Of a DNA stretch of 64,000 nucleotides, positions 18,494 to 28,363 are shown piece after piece. The translations under genes were made by a program, and so were the position numbers. Each line of letters starts with the position of its first letter. Position 1 is the first letter of the stretch. The notes beneath the pieces are model-generated. The model worked only from the letters and a program-made list of their open reading frames with translations, was not told where the DNA came from and did not search any database. The DNA comes from a virus (taxonomy: Duplodnaviria > Caudoviricetes): the IMG/VR virus record IMGVR_UViG_3300020431_000005, positions 49,898-113,897 of that record; one strand, written 5' to 3'.

Positions 18494-18714
18494 ATTATGA
18501 ATGGTATGAAACACCCTATGGAAAATTCCGCATTGAGAAGAGACGGTTTGGAACGTGGTCTAGCTTTGGTGAGGATGGCGAGAGCATCGTCACAGGCGGT
18601 ACGAGGGAATCTGTCATGGTCGGAACGCCATTCCACTTGGAAGGTGTCGCTACTAACTGGGCAAACTGTAAATACTCAGCACGATACGATGGGACAGTGA
18701 GCGGTAAGTTATGA
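18490..18714 (+). CDS. Hypothetical protein
   Basis: 74 aa, ATGA-coupled on both sides. Confidence 0.6.
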   Translation: MNYEWYETPYGKFRIEKRRFGTWSSFGEDGESIVTGGTRESVMVGTPFHLEGVATNWANCKYSARYDGTVSGKL

Positions 18715-19751
18715 AGATTGCTTTAATTACTGATCAACATTTAGATGGACGTAAAGGTTCTTTAGCGTTCTGGAACTACTGGCAACAATTCTATGATAAT
18801 ATCTTTTTCCCAACTCTTGAAAAAGAAGGTATCGATACCGTCATTGATCTTGGCGACACATTTGATAATCGAAAGTCTGTGGACTTTAATACTTATCACC
18901 GTGTGCGTGAAAATTATTTTGAAAAACTAGCAAAGTATAAAGTTCATATGTTGCTCGGCAATCATTGTACTTACTACAAAAATACTAATCGTATTAACTC
19001 ACCAGAACTTCTATTAGAGAAGTATGACAACATCACAATCTATTCTGAACCCAAGCATCTAAAACTTGGAAACAAAAAATTTCTGATGCTTCCATGGATC
19101 AACAAAGAAAACCTAGAAGAAATAACAAATTTTCTTAACACTAGTGAAGCAGATATCTGTTGCGGTCATTTAGAACTTTCTGGGTTTGAGATTACTCCGG
19201 GCATGAAGATGGATCATGGTATGGATGCTGGTTTATTTCATCGCTTCAAACGTGTGTGGTCTGGACACTATCACCATAAATCTAAAAAGGGTAATGTTCA
19301 GTACCTAGGCAACCCTTATCAGATGTATTGGAATGATTATAAAGACGCTCGCGGTTTCCATATCTACGATACTGAAAGTGATAAACTTAAGTTTGTCCGA
19401 AATCCCTACGAAATCTTCGACAAGATCTTCTATGACGATTCCAGTATGGACTACAACAAACAAGATGTGTCTAGTTATAAAGACAAGTTCATCAAGATCG
19501 TTGTTAACGAAAAACGAGACTACCAAATGTTTGAAACATTGGTTGATCGTCTTTACAACGTAGGAGTCCATGATGTAAAAATTGTAGAGACCTTAGTTGA
19601 TATTGAAGACCAGGTAGACCTTGAAGTTTCTACTAAAGATACACTCACTCTTCTTAATGAGTATATTGATGAAGTAGAAATGACCGTAGATAAATCTGAT
19701 CTCAAGAGTTTAATGAGATCTCTATATATTGAGAGTTGTAATGTTGTCTGA
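18711..19751 (+). CDS. gp47: Recombination endonuclease gp47 (SbcD/Mre11-like)
   Basis: TDQH, LGDTFD, GNH, GHLE, SGHYH metallophosphoesterase motifs. Confidence 0.95.
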   Translation: MKIALITDQHLDGRKGSLAFWNYWQQFYDNIFFPTLEKEGIDTVIDLGDTFDNRKSVDFNTYHRVRENYFEKLAKYKVHMLLGNHCTYYKNTNRINSPELLLEKYDNITIYSEPKHLKLGNKKFLMLPWINKENLEEITNFLNTSEADICCGHLELSGFEITPGMKMDHGMDAGLFHRFKRVWSGHYHHKSKKGNVQYLGNPYQMYWNDYKDARGFHIYDTESDKLKFVRNPYEIFDKIFYDDSSMDYNKQDVSSYKDKFIKIVVNEKRDYQMFETLVDRLYNVGVHDVKIVETLVDIEDQVDLEVSTKDTLTLLNEYIDEVEMTVDKSDLKSLMRSLYIESCNVV

Positions 19752-20017
19752 TGTTTATCGTAACCTTAGAAGATCAACCTGATGGTGTGTACTCTGTCTT
19801 TGATGATGACGAGGATAGAGTAATTCCTATATTTCAGGACGAAGAAGATGCGGATAGATATTTGATGATGCTACAGATTGATGAAGATTATCCACCCATG
19901 CAGATCCTAGAGATTGACGACCATGCTATAATTACAGCATGTCAAGACAGGGGACATAAATTTTCTATCATAACCCCTGACGATTTTTTGATACCCCCTG
20001 ATGATTCTGAAGAATGA
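19751..20017 (+). CDS. Acidic hypothetical (DUF3110-like)
   Basis: FQDEEDADRY.MML...LIPP motif; sits between gp47 and gp46. Confidence 0.65.
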   Translation: MFIVTLEDQPDGVYSVFDDDEDRVIPIFQDEEDADRYLMMLQIDEDYPPMQILEIDDHAIITACQDRGHKFSIITPDDFLIPPDDSEE

Positions 20018-21744
20018 TTATTTTTAAAAAGATCCGTTGGAAGAATTTTCTTTCGACGGGTAATGTTTTTAGTGAAGTTGATTTAAGAACATCAAAAACA
20101 AATTTGATCATTGGTAGCAATGGCGCAGGTAAGAGTACTATTCTAGATGCTCTTACCTTTTCTTTGTTTGGGAAACCATTTCGTAAGATCAACAAACCGA
20201 TGCTGGTAAACAGTATCAATGAAAAAAACTGTCTTACTGAAATTGAATTTAGTATTGGTAAGAAAGAATACAAGTTGGTTCGGGGAGTCAAACCAAATGT
20301 ATTTGAGATTTACTGTAATGGTGAACTGTGGAATCAGGAGAGCTCTTTAGTAGAACAGCAGAAGAACTTTGAGAATAATGTTCTCAAGATGAACTACAAG
20401 TCATTCACACAGATTGTGGTGCTTGGTTCTTCTACGTTTGTTCCATTCATGCGTCTGCCTTTGGCACAGCGTCGTGAGATTATTGAAGACATCCTTGACA
20501 TCCAAGTATTCTCTACGATGAATGTTCTTCTTCGTGATAAAGTTAGAGAGAATAACGAAGACATTAAAACAATTGATTACGAGATACATCTTTTGGCGGA
20601 GAAGATTGATCTCCAGAAGAAGTATATGCTTGAACTCGAAAAGAAAACCAAGGAAGAGATTACTCGTAAAGAGAATAAGATTGCTGAATTGTTAGAGGAT
20701 GAGAATACCCAACACCAAGAAATTGCGCGACTAACTTCTGAAGTTGAAAAACATTCTAAAGAAATGGAAGAGGTGTCTAGCAGCACTTCAAAACTGAAGA
20801 AGTTAAACACTTTTCTAATTAAAGTTCAGGGTAAATTAAAAACATGTAAAAAAGAACATGAGTTTTTTGAGAAGAATCATGTGTGCCCTACATGTACTCA
20901 AGACTTATCAGAAGAATTTCGTGATGAAAAGTTGGAGTCTGGAAAAACTAAGGTTGATGAAATGCTTGTAGGATACAATGATATCCTTGCTGCTATAGGA
21001 GAAGAGGAAGTTAAATTTAATAAATTTACTGAGTTGTCAAGTCAGGTCATGACTATCAACAACTCCATCAGTCAATCTAATTTCCAGATCACTTCATTCA
21101 GAAAAACTATTTCTGATATCGAATCTGAGATCAAAGAACTGGAAGGTAGCAACCCAGACAAGAAAGCAGAGTTTGTAAAACTTGAGGGTCTTGTTAAGAA
21201 TAAAAAACAATTGGGTAGCACACTCGCAGAAAACCGCAAGGACCGTGATACACTATTGGTAGCATCGCAACTGTTGAAAGACAACGGTATTAAGACTAGG
21301 ATCATCAAGACCTATCTTCCAGCGATGAACCAACTCATCAATCAGTATCTTCAGAGTATGGACTTTTATGTCAACTTTACACTGAATGAGAACTTTGAGG
21401 AGATAATTAAATCTAGGTATAGGGATGTGTTTTCTTATGATAGTTTCAGCGAAGGAGAGAAATCTCGTATTGATATTGCTCTTCTGCTTACTTGGAGAAG
21501 TATTGCTAAGCTCAAGAATAGTGTGGATACTAACCTCCTCATATTAGATGAGATATTTGACAGTTCATTGGATCAGCAAGGTGGTATGGATCTAAGTTGG
21601 ATCCTACGCAACTTTGATGACAACTCAAACATCTATGTTATCAGTCATAGAGAAAACCTTGACGGTAAATTTGAGAGAACTATCACAGCAGAGAAAGAAA
21701 AGAACTTCTCCGTGATCCGAGAGACAGTTTCTGAACTGGACTAG
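20014..21744 (+). CDS. gp46: Recombination ATPase gp46 (SbcC/Rad50-like)
   Basis: GSNGAGKST, CPTC zinc hook, FSEGEKSRID, LILDEIFD. Confidence 0.96.
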   Translation: MIIFKKIRWKNFLSTGNVFSEVDLRTSKTNLIIGSNGAGKSTILDALTFSLFGKPFRKINKPMLVNSINEKNCLTEIEFSIGKKEYKLVRGVKPNVFEIYCNGELWNQESSLVEQQKNFENNVLKMNYKSFTQIVVLGSSTFVPFMRLPLAQRREIIEDILDIQVFSTMNVLLRDKVRENNEDIKTIDYEIHLLAEKIDLQKKYMLELEKKTKEEITRKENKIAELLEDENTQHQEIARLTSEVEKHSKEMEEVSSSTSKLKKLNTFLIKVQGKLKTCKKEHEFFEKNHVCPTCTQDLSEEFRDEKLESGKTKVDEMLVGYNDILAAIGEEEVKFNKFTELSSQVMTINNSISQSNFQITSFRKTISDIESEIKELEGSNPDKKAEFVKLEGLVKNKKQLGSTLAENRKDRDTLLVASQLLKDNGIKTRIIKTYLPAMNQLINQYLQSMDFYVNFTLNENFEEIIKSRYRDVFSYDSFSEGEKSRIDIALLLTWRSIAKLKNSVDTNLLILDEIFDSSLDQQGGMDLSWILRNFDDNSNIYVISHRENLDGKFERTITAEKEKNFSVIRETVSELD

Positions 21745-21769
21745 GGATGCCTTCGGGCATCCTTTTTTT
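21745..21769 (+). terminator. Rho-independent terminator after gp46
   Basis: GGATGCC-TTCG-GGCATCC followed by T7. Confidence 0.88.
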
Positions 21770-21783
21770 GTATATACTAGTAG

Positions 21784-21799
21784 CATCAACGAAACGAAC
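21784..21799 (+). repeat. 16-nt leader repeat CATCAACGAAACGAAC, copy 1
   Basis: Identical copy at 23990-24005; both lie between a -10 box and the ATG. Confidence 0.85.
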
Positions 21800-21801
21800 G
21801 T

Positions 21802-23937
21802 ATGTCATCCCAAGAAATCAAAGGAAACCTTGCTCGTCTGCTCGCAACAGAGAACTTGATTGTAGAGCACCGTAAGGTCTCCACAGCATCCTTTGATGTG
21901 GATCGCCGTGTGTTGACCCTTCCCAACTGGGACAAGGCATCTAGCACCGTATACGACATGCTGGTGGGTCATGAGGTTGGACATGCTTTGTTTACACCTA
22001 ACAAAGACTGGCGTGATGTTGCAGATTGTCCTAAGGACTTTGTTAATGTGATTGAGGATGCTCGTATTGAGAAACTCATGAAACGTAAGTATCCTGGATT
22101 GCGTAAGTCTTTTGCTGGTGGTTATAAAGAATTAAACGATGCTGACTTCTTTGACATTGATGGAGAAGACTTTAATACTTTTAGTTTGATTGATCGTATC
22201 AATCTCCACTTTAAGATTGGTGCTAGTGCTATGGTTCCTTTCTCTATTGAGGAGCAATTGTTTGTTGCTCGTACAGATGTTGCTGAGACTTTTGAAGAAG
22301 TCCTACAAATTGCTGTAGATGTTTTTAACTATAGTAAGCAAGAACAAGAAGAAGAACAGGAAGAAACTCCACAAGAGATGCCTGCTAATGAATCTTCATC
22401 AGAATCACAGGAAGATGTAGAGCAGCAAGAAACAAATGATGAAGAACAACCTAAACAAGAAAATACTACTAGTAGTGGTCAAGAGCAATCTGGTGTTGAA
22501 GAAGATGAAGAAGAAGAAGAATCTATAGAAGGTTCTAGGACACAAGATAGTTTCAACGAGGCAGCAAAAGGTTTAACTGATCGTTACTCTAATGATCCTG
22601 TATACGTAGAGATTCCTGACAGTGTGGATCTCCCCACGTTTGTTGCTGACTGGACTGAAGTTCATGACTGGATTGATGAGTATCGTAATAACTTCCTTGG
22701 TAAGAATGAAGGAGACGATTATTACAATCCTTATGAAACTGTAGATAAATCTTACACAGAGTTTCGTAAGCAATCACAGAAAGAGGTAAACTATCTTGTT
22801 AAGGAATTTGAATGTCGTAAGTCTGCTGACGCTTATGCTCGTGCTGGTCAATCTAAGACTGGTGTGCTTGATACTACTAAGCTACACACTTATAAGCACA
22901 ACGAAGATCTTTTCAAAAAAGTAACTGTAATTCCTGATGGTAAGAATCATGGTTTGATATTCTTGCTTGACTGGTCTGGTTCTATGCAGAGTGAGATTCT
23001 TTCTACAGTAAAACAGTTGTTGAATCTGACTGCCTTCTGTAAGAAAGTTCAGATCCCATTTGAGGTGTATGCTTTTACGAATGAGTTTTATACTGTTCGT
23101 CGTATTAAGAACGGTATTGATGAATACGTTTCTAATGATGAGTATTTTCAAAAAAATGGTTGTATGGAAGGCAAAATCTTTCTACCAAAAGATATGTTCC
23201 ACTTGATGAACTTTGTTTCTTCTCGTTCTAACTCTAAAAACTATGAGCGTATGTGTTTAAACTTGTATCGTGAGGCATATGCTTTTGTGTATGCTTGTGC
23301 TTATCAATCCACTATCGGTATTGGTCTTTCTGGCACTCCTTTGAATGAAGGTATTATTATGTTGAATTATATTATCCCTCAATTCAAGAAACAAAATGAT
23401 CTACAAAAAGTAAACGTGTGTGTTCTATCTGACGGAGAAGCATGTCAGTCTTCTTATGGTCGTGAACTTTATAACGATCATAAAGATGAATTTTATGTTC
23501 GTCCTCGCCGCCTTGATTACCGATCTGTTTTACGAGATCGTACCACTGGTCATGTTTATGCTGTAGGTGATAGTTGGTCTGGTATGACTAATATTTTTAT
23601 TCAACAACTGCGTGATCGTAATCCTGGTGTGAACGTTCTTGGTTTTCGTATTATGTCTAGTGGCGGTCTTAGTAACTTTGTCTCTATTTACGGCAATATT
23701 TCTTACTACGATCAAGTACAGAAACAATGGAAAAAATCTAAATCTGCTGTGGTTCCTTTCCCGAAGAGTTACACTGCTCTGTATGTGATTAGTAATAACG
23801 CTGTAGAATCTGATGTAGATTTTGATGTTGAGGCTGGTGCCAAGAAAGGCGAGATATCTCGTGCCTTTAAAAAGATGCTTGGATCTAAATCTACTAACAA
23901 GAAACTTCTAAACTCCTTCATTGAGTATGTCGCTTGA
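21802..23937 (+). CDS. HExxH peptidase-like + vWA (CobT-like) protein, partner of MoxR ATPase
   Basis: HEVGH and NVIEDARIE in N-domain, acidic linker, MIDAS LLDWSGSM, SGTPL, LSDGE. Confidence 0.82.
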   Translation: MSSQEIKGNLARLLATENLIVEHRKVSTASFDVDRRVLTLPNWDKASSTVYDMLVGHEVGHALFTPNKDWRDVADCPKDFVNVIEDARIEKLMKRKYPGLRKSFAGGYKELNDADFFDIDGEDFNTFSLIDRINLHFKIGASAMVPFSIEEQLFVARTDVAETFEEVLQIAVDVFNYSKQEQEEEQEETPQEMPANESSSESQEDVEQQETNDEEQPKQENTTSSGQEQSGVEEDEEEEESIEGSRTQDSFNEAAKGLTDRYSNDPVYVEIPDSVDLPTFVADWTEVHDWIDEYRNNFLGKNEGDDYYNPYETVDKSYTEFRKQSQKEVNYLVKEFECRKSADAYARAGQSKTGVLDTTKLHTYKHNEDLFKKVTVIPDGKNHGLIFLLDWSGSMQSEILSTVKQLLNLTAFCKKVQIPFEVYAFTNEFYTVRRIKNGIDEYVSNDEYFQKNGCMEGKIFLPKDMFHLMNFVSSRSNSKNYERMCLNLYREAYAFVYACAYQSTIGIGLSGTPLNEGIIMLNYIIPQFKKQNDLQKVNVCVLSDGEACQSSYGRELYNDHKDEFYVRPRRLDYRSVLRDRTTGHVYAVGDSWSGMTNIFIQQLRDRNPGVNVLGFRIMSSGGLSNFVSIYGNISYYDQVQKQWKKSKSAVVPFPKSYTALYVISNNAVESDVDFDVEAGAKKGEISRAFKKMLGSKSTNKKLLNSFIEYVA

Positions 23938-23989
23938 TGAACCGTCCACTAGGGGTCGCTAAGACCCTGCCCATCCTTTATAATAACTA

Positions 23990-24005
23990 CATCAACGAAA
24001 CGAAC
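23990..24005 (+). repeat. 16-nt leader repeat, copy 2
   Basis: Follows TATAAT (23979-84) and precedes ATG 24007. Confidence 0.85.
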
Positions 24006-24006
24006 C

Positions 24007-25107
24007 ATGCCTGCCAAACTCGATCTCACTACAACTCAACTCGCTTCTTTCCTATCAGAAAATTTTGGCAATGATGTCAATGCCGAGCACGTTCGTTCTG
24101 CCTGTGATCACTTTGGTATCACCTATGCTACTGCTACTAAGCGTCTGCGTGATTTCTATGTCAAGCGTGGCACTTGGAACCTGACAGTTCAGGAGCGTCT
24201 TGAGCAATCTCTTGCTGCCCCTGCTGCTATTCCAGTTGCTAATAGCAACGATGAGAATCTTGTTCCTATGAAGGACGAGAACTATGTTCCTTTCGGAAAC
24301 TTCTCTGATGTAAAGAAGATCATTCAATCTAAGATTTTTTATCCTACTTTTATTACTGGTCTATCTGGCAATGGTAAGACTTTCTCTGTTGAGCAAGCAT
24401 GTGCTGCTCTAAATAGAGAACTTATTCGTGTAAACATTACCATTGAAACTGACGAGGATGATCTTATTGGTGGGTTCCGTCTTGTTAATGGCGAAACTGT
24501 TTGGCATAATGGTCCTGTCATCGAAGCTCTGGAACGTGGAGCTGTGTTGCTTCTAGATGAAGTTGACTTGGCATCCAATAAGATTCTCTGTCTGCAGTCT
24601 GTTCTAGAAGGTAAAGGTGTTTTCTTGAAGAAAACTGGTCGTTACGTACAACCTGCTATGGGTTTCAATGTCATCGCTACTGCCAATACTAAAGGTAAAG
24701 GTTCTGATGATGGTCGTTTCATCGGCACCAATGTTCTCAACGAAGCATTTCTTGAGCGTTTTGCCTTGACCTTTGAGCAGGAGTATCCTACTCCCGCTAC
24801 TGAGCAGAAGATTTTGTTGCGTATTGCTGCTTCTGTTGGTAAGCACGATGAAGACTTCTGTAAGAATCTTGCTAACTGGGCAGACATTATTCGTAAGACA
24901 TTTGCTGATGGTGGTATTGATGAGATCATTAGCACCCGTCGTCTAGTCCACATTATCCGTGCTTATGCTATCTGGGGTGATCGTATGAAGGCGATCAAAG
25001 TCTGTGTAAATCGTTTCGATGATGAGACTCGTCAATCATTCATCGAATTGTATGATAAAATTGATGCTGACGTTCAAACTGGGGAGGAAGAAAATGCAGC
25101 ATACTGA
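24007..25107 (+). CDS. cobS: MoxR-type AAA+ ATPase (phage cobS-like)
   Basis: GLSGNGKT, LLLDEVD, TANTKG, NEAFLERF, ISTRRLV. Confidence 0.9.
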   Translation: MPAKLDLTTTQLASFLSENFGNDVNAEHVRSACDHFGITYATATKRLRDFYVKRGTWNLTVQERLEQSLAAPAAIPVANSNDENLVPMKDENYVPFGNFSDVKKIIQSKIFYPTFITGLSGNGKTFSVEQACAALNRELIRVNITIETDEDDLIGGFRLVNGETVWHNGPVIEALERGAVLLLDEVDLASNKILCLQSVLEGKGVFLKKTGRYVQPAMGFNVIATANTKGKGSDDGRFIGTNVLNEAFLERFALTFEQEYPTPATEQKILLRIAASVGKHDEDFCKNLANWADIIRKTFADGGIDEIISTRRLVHIIRAYAIWGDRMKAIKVCVNRFDDETRQSFIELYDKIDADVQTGEEENAAY

Positions 25108-25273
25108 AAAACTTCATGGGTATGTAAACAATCTCGCCATCATAGTAGATGGTGAGGATCGTAAAACTGTAAAAATTATGGGTGGCAATGGTTTGAAGTT
25201 GTTTGTCAAAGACCTTGACGGCAAGGTTCAAGAGTGCTACCATAGTAATCTACGCTTAATCTGGGATAACTGA
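25094..25273 (+). CDS. Hypothetical protein
   Basis: GGAGG SD before ATG 25094; 59 aa. Confidence 0.55.
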   Translation: MQHTEKLHGYVNNLAIIVDGEDRKTVKIMGGNGLKLFVKDLDGKVQECYHSNLRLIWDN

Positions 25274-25561
25274 ATGGCGAAAAAATACAATGAAGATGCT
25301 CTGTTGAAAGAGCTGAGTGATTACATTTCTGGAACTTATGGACAACACTATTCTGCTGGTAACGACAGCATTCAAACGTTAGATCTAATTGAAGCATGTG
25401 GAGACGCTGAGGCATTCTGCCGTAGCAACATCCTCAAGTATGCTTCACGCTACGATCGTAAAGGCACTGCCCGTCGTGATATCATTAAGATCCTTCACTA
25501 CGCATTGCTGCTGCTCCACTTCTCTGACAAATCCCAAATTACCGAATCTTACAATCAATGA
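25274..25561 (+). CDS. DUF3310-like protein
   Basis: TYGQHYS, FCRSNILKYASRYDRKG...DIIKILHY. Confidence 0.75.
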   Translation: MAKKYNEDALLKELSDYISGTYGQHYSAGNDSIQTLDLIEACGDAEAFCRSNILKYASRYDRKGTARRDIIKILHYALLLLHFSDKSQITESYNQ

Positions 25562-26232
25562 GTAAAGTTATTCTTTCTAGAAAAACCCTAGATGTTCTCA
25601 AAAACTTCAGTACTATCAATTCCTCGATTGTCTTCCGTAAAGGATCCACGGTTAGAACTATCTCTAATGCAGAGAACATCCTCGCAAAGTTTACTGGCGA
25701 GGAAGTGTTTCCTGTTGACTTCGCTATCTATGATCTTAGTCAGTTCCTTTCTGGGATCTCTTTGTTTAGCGACCCTCAGCTTGAGTTTGACAACGAAAAT
25801 TTTGTCAGCATCCGTGGCGGTCGTCAGTCTGCTCGCTATTTCTTTTCTGATCCAGAGATTACGCTCAAGTCTGCTCCAGAAAAAAACGTAAAGTTTCCTG
25901 GTGCTGACCTTCAGTTCAATCTAACTGGCGAAGATCTGATTGCTTTACAAAAAGCATCTGCTGTCTACAGTCTACCTGATCTTACCTTCCAATCGATTGA
26001 AGGTCATGAAGAGATTAAACTTATCCTTAGGGACAAAGAGAATGATACCAGTAATACTTATGATATCACTGTGGCAGGTTGCTCTACTGGCACCTATACT
26101 CTTGATCTTAAGATTGAGAACATTCGTCTTCTCCCTGGTGACTATACTGTCAAAGTATCCCAACACCTTATCTCAGAGTGGACCAATGTAAATACTGATT
26201 TGACTTACTACATTGCCCTTGAACCAGCGTGA
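25558..26232 (+). CDS. gp45: Sliding clamp gp45
   Basis: LKNFSTINSSI, FAIYDLSQFL, YYIALEP. Confidence 0.95.
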   Translation: MSKVILSRKTLDVLKNFSTINSSIVFRKGSTVRTISNAENILAKFTGEEVFPVDFAIYDLSQFLSGISLFSDPQLEFDNENFVSIRGGRQSARYFFSDPEITLKSAPEKNVKFPGADLQFNLTGEDLIALQKASAVYSLPDLTFQSIEGHEEIKLILRDKENDTSNTYDITVAGCSTGTYTLDLKIENIRLLPGDYTVKVSQHLISEWTNVNTDLTYYIALEPA

Positions 26233-26564
26233 AGCATATTCTCTTTACACTCAAAGGGTGTAATGTTGATCTTCTAAATGACGAGGAGTTCATCCGAGAT
26301 ATTATTTACACTACATCTAAAAGGTGTAAATCAACTCTGCTATCCATTAACTCACATAGGTTTGATCCGCAAGGTGTTACTTGTGTGGCGATGCTGGCAG
26401 AGAGTCATATTAGTATTCACACATGGCCAGAGAAAGGTATGGCAGTCTGCGATATCTTTACCTGTGGTGAGCATACCAAACCCAAGAAGGGTATGGAGTA
26501 TATGCAAATGATGTTCAGTGCCAAGGACATCGTATCTAAATCATTTACTAGACCATTAGAATGA
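26229..26564 (+). CDS. speD: S-adenosylmethionine decarboxylase proenzyme
   Basis: FDPQGVT..LAESHISIHTWPE...CDIFTCG with the pyruvoyl E-S cleavage site. Confidence 0.92.
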   Translation: MKHILFTLKGCNVDLLNDEEFIRDIIYTTSKRCKSTLLSINSHRFDPQGVTCVAMLAESHISIHTWPEKGMAVCDIFTCGEHTKPKKGMEYMQMMFSAKDIVSKSFTRPLE

Positions 26565-27505
26565 GCAAAGAATTTTTGTGGGTGGAGAAATACCGCCCAA
26601 ATATTGTTGAGGACTGCATCCTTCCTGCTAGCACTAAACAAGTGTTTCAGGGTTTTGTAGATCAAGGAGAACTCCCTAACCTGATGCTGACAGGCACAGC
26701 AGGCGTTGGTAAGACCACTGTTGCTAAGGCATTGTGTGAGGAGATTGGTGCTTCTTACATCGTCATCAACGGGTCTGACGAGGGACGTTTCCTAGACACT
26801 ATCAGGAACCGTGTTCGTCAGTTTGCTACGACTGTCTCTCTCACGTCTGGGGCATCCCACAAGGTGGTCATCATCGATGAGGCAGACAACACCACTAACG
26901 ACGTGCAACTGTCTCTGAGGACTGCTGTGGAAGAGTTCCATAGCAACTGCCGTTTCATCTTCACCTGCAACTTCATCAATAAAATTATTGAACCGTTGCA
27001 CTCACGTTGTACGGTAGTTGACTTTAGAATCAAACCTGAGCAGTCTACTAAACTTCAGGGAGAATTCTTTACTCGTCTCAAAACTATTCTAACAAATGAG
27101 AATGTTGAGTATGAAGACAAAGTTCTCGCGAAGCTTGTCAAGAGGTATTATCCTGATTGGCGTCGTCTTATTAACGAGTGCCAGCGTTATGCTGCCACAG
27201 GGAGTATTACTTCTGCTATCTTGGTTGACGTTGCAGATGTTAATCTGGACTCTCTACTTACATCTCTGAAGAAGAAAGACTTTACTACTGTAAAGAACTG
27301 GGTAGTTCAGCATCTGGATAACGATCCTAGTATGGTGATGCGTAAGATCTATGACAGTTTGTATGGTGTATTGAAACCTGCTTCTATTCCTGAAGCTGTT
27401 CTTATCATCGCCAAGTATATGAAAGACATTACTATTGTTCCTGATCAAGAGATCAATCTGTTGGCATGTCTGACAGAGATCATGATGAGTTGTGAATTCA
27501 AATGA
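26561..27505 (+). CDS. gp44: Clamp loader large subunit gp44
   Basis: LWVEKYRP, GTAGVGKTT, IIDEAD, PLHSRC. Confidence 0.96.
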   Translation: MSKEFLWVEKYRPNIVEDCILPASTKQVFQGFVDQGELPNLMLTGTAGVGKTTVAKALCEEIGASYIVINGSDEGRFLDTIRNRVRQFATTVSLTSGASHKVVIIDEADNTTNDVQLSLRTAVEEFHSNCRFIFTCNFINKIIEPLHSRCTVVDFRIKPEQSTKLQGEFFTRLKTILTNENVEYEDKVLAKLVKRYYPDWRRLINECQRYAATGSITSAILVDVADVNLDSLLTSLKKKDFTTVKNWVVQHLDNDPSMVMRKIYDSLYGVLKPASIPEAVLIIAKYMKDITIVPDQEINLLACLTEIMMSCEFK

Positions 27506-27645
27506 CGCTACTCAAATTTATTGAAAAAGAACCTAAATTTATTATGATGGAGGAAATGTATGAGAGACTCGAAAACGAAGCAGAACGGCAGTGGGCATAT
27601 ATCAAAAGTCAAAACGACACCAGAAAATGTAGCAGAAGCAAATAA
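27502..27645 (+). CDS. Small hypothetical protein (47 aa), not in ORF track
   Basis: MTLLKFIEKEPKFIMMEE...; ATGA-coupled to gp44. Confidence 0.4.
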   Translation: MTLLKFIEKEPKFIMMEEMYERLENEAERQWAYIKSQNDTRKCSRSK

Positions 27646-27772
27646 AGCATTGTTTCATGCTACAATGAACTTACCTCATGCTGCTGCTCATTGTGGTATG
27701 ACTGAACGAGAGATGAAACATATCTTTCGTGAATACTTAAAATATAACAATCCAGATTACGATGCCAGTTGA
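27560..27772 (+). CDS. Hypothetical, possible HTH-like protein
   Basis: MNLPHAAAHCGMTEREMKHIFREYL. Confidence 0.6.
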   Translation: MRDSKTKQNGSGHISKVKTTPENVAEANKALFHATMNLPHAAAHCGMTEREMKHIFREYLKYNNPDYDAS

Positions 27773-28361
27773 CTCTCTTTATTCTATCCCTTTTTATCGT
27801 GCTAGTGTATCTAACCTTGAAACAATTCAAAGTGAGTTAAAACCTGCTATTGAAAGTATTAAAATTGATACCATAGATGATTGGGGAAGTCCGCATAAGT
27901 TATCAACAACGACCTTTACTGATAGTTTTATTGATGAATACAATTTAATTAATTTTAAAAATGAAATCTATAAACATGTAGATGTAATGTTATCTGATCT
28001 TAGATTTGATATGAGTGCAAACTACACAGATTCTATGAGGGTGAAAATTAATTCTTCATGGGTTTCGTTGTTTGAAAAACATGACTATGCACATATTCAT
28101 GATCATGGTGATGCGGATATATCTGGAGTTTACTACTATAAAGTAGATGAATCTCATGGAGATTTTTTTGTATCCAGTCCTTTTCCTGCTCTCTCCTCTT
28201 CATATCCTTTCTTTCATTTGTGTAATAGAAGAACTTTTCAACCAGTAAATGGTACACTATATTTGTTTCCTGGATTTTTATCTCATGGAGTTTGTACAAA
28301 TACTTCTGATGTAACCAGGATCAGTGTAGCATTTAATATTTACTTTCAACGAAACGTTTAA
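27762..28361 (+). CDS. 2OG-Fe(II) oxygenase-like (TIGR02466-type)
   Basis: SWVS...HIHDH...ISGVYY...LFPGFLSHGV...RISVAFN. Confidence 0.85.
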   Translation: MPVDSLYSIPFYRASVSNLETIQSELKPAIESIKIDTIDDWGSPHKLSTTTFTDSFIDEYNLINFKNEIYKHVDVMLSDLRFDMSANYTDSMRVKINSSWVSLFEKHDYAHIHDHGDADISGVYYYKVDESHGDFFVSSPFPALSSSYPFFHLCNRRTFQPVNGTLYLFPGFLSHGVCTNTSDVTRISVAFNIYFQRNV

Positions 28362-28363
28362 TT

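Noticed and set aside
24007-25107. cobS as evidence of cobalamin biosynthesis
   Set aside because: No cobN or other B12 genes in the window; the context fits a MoxR-vWA pair
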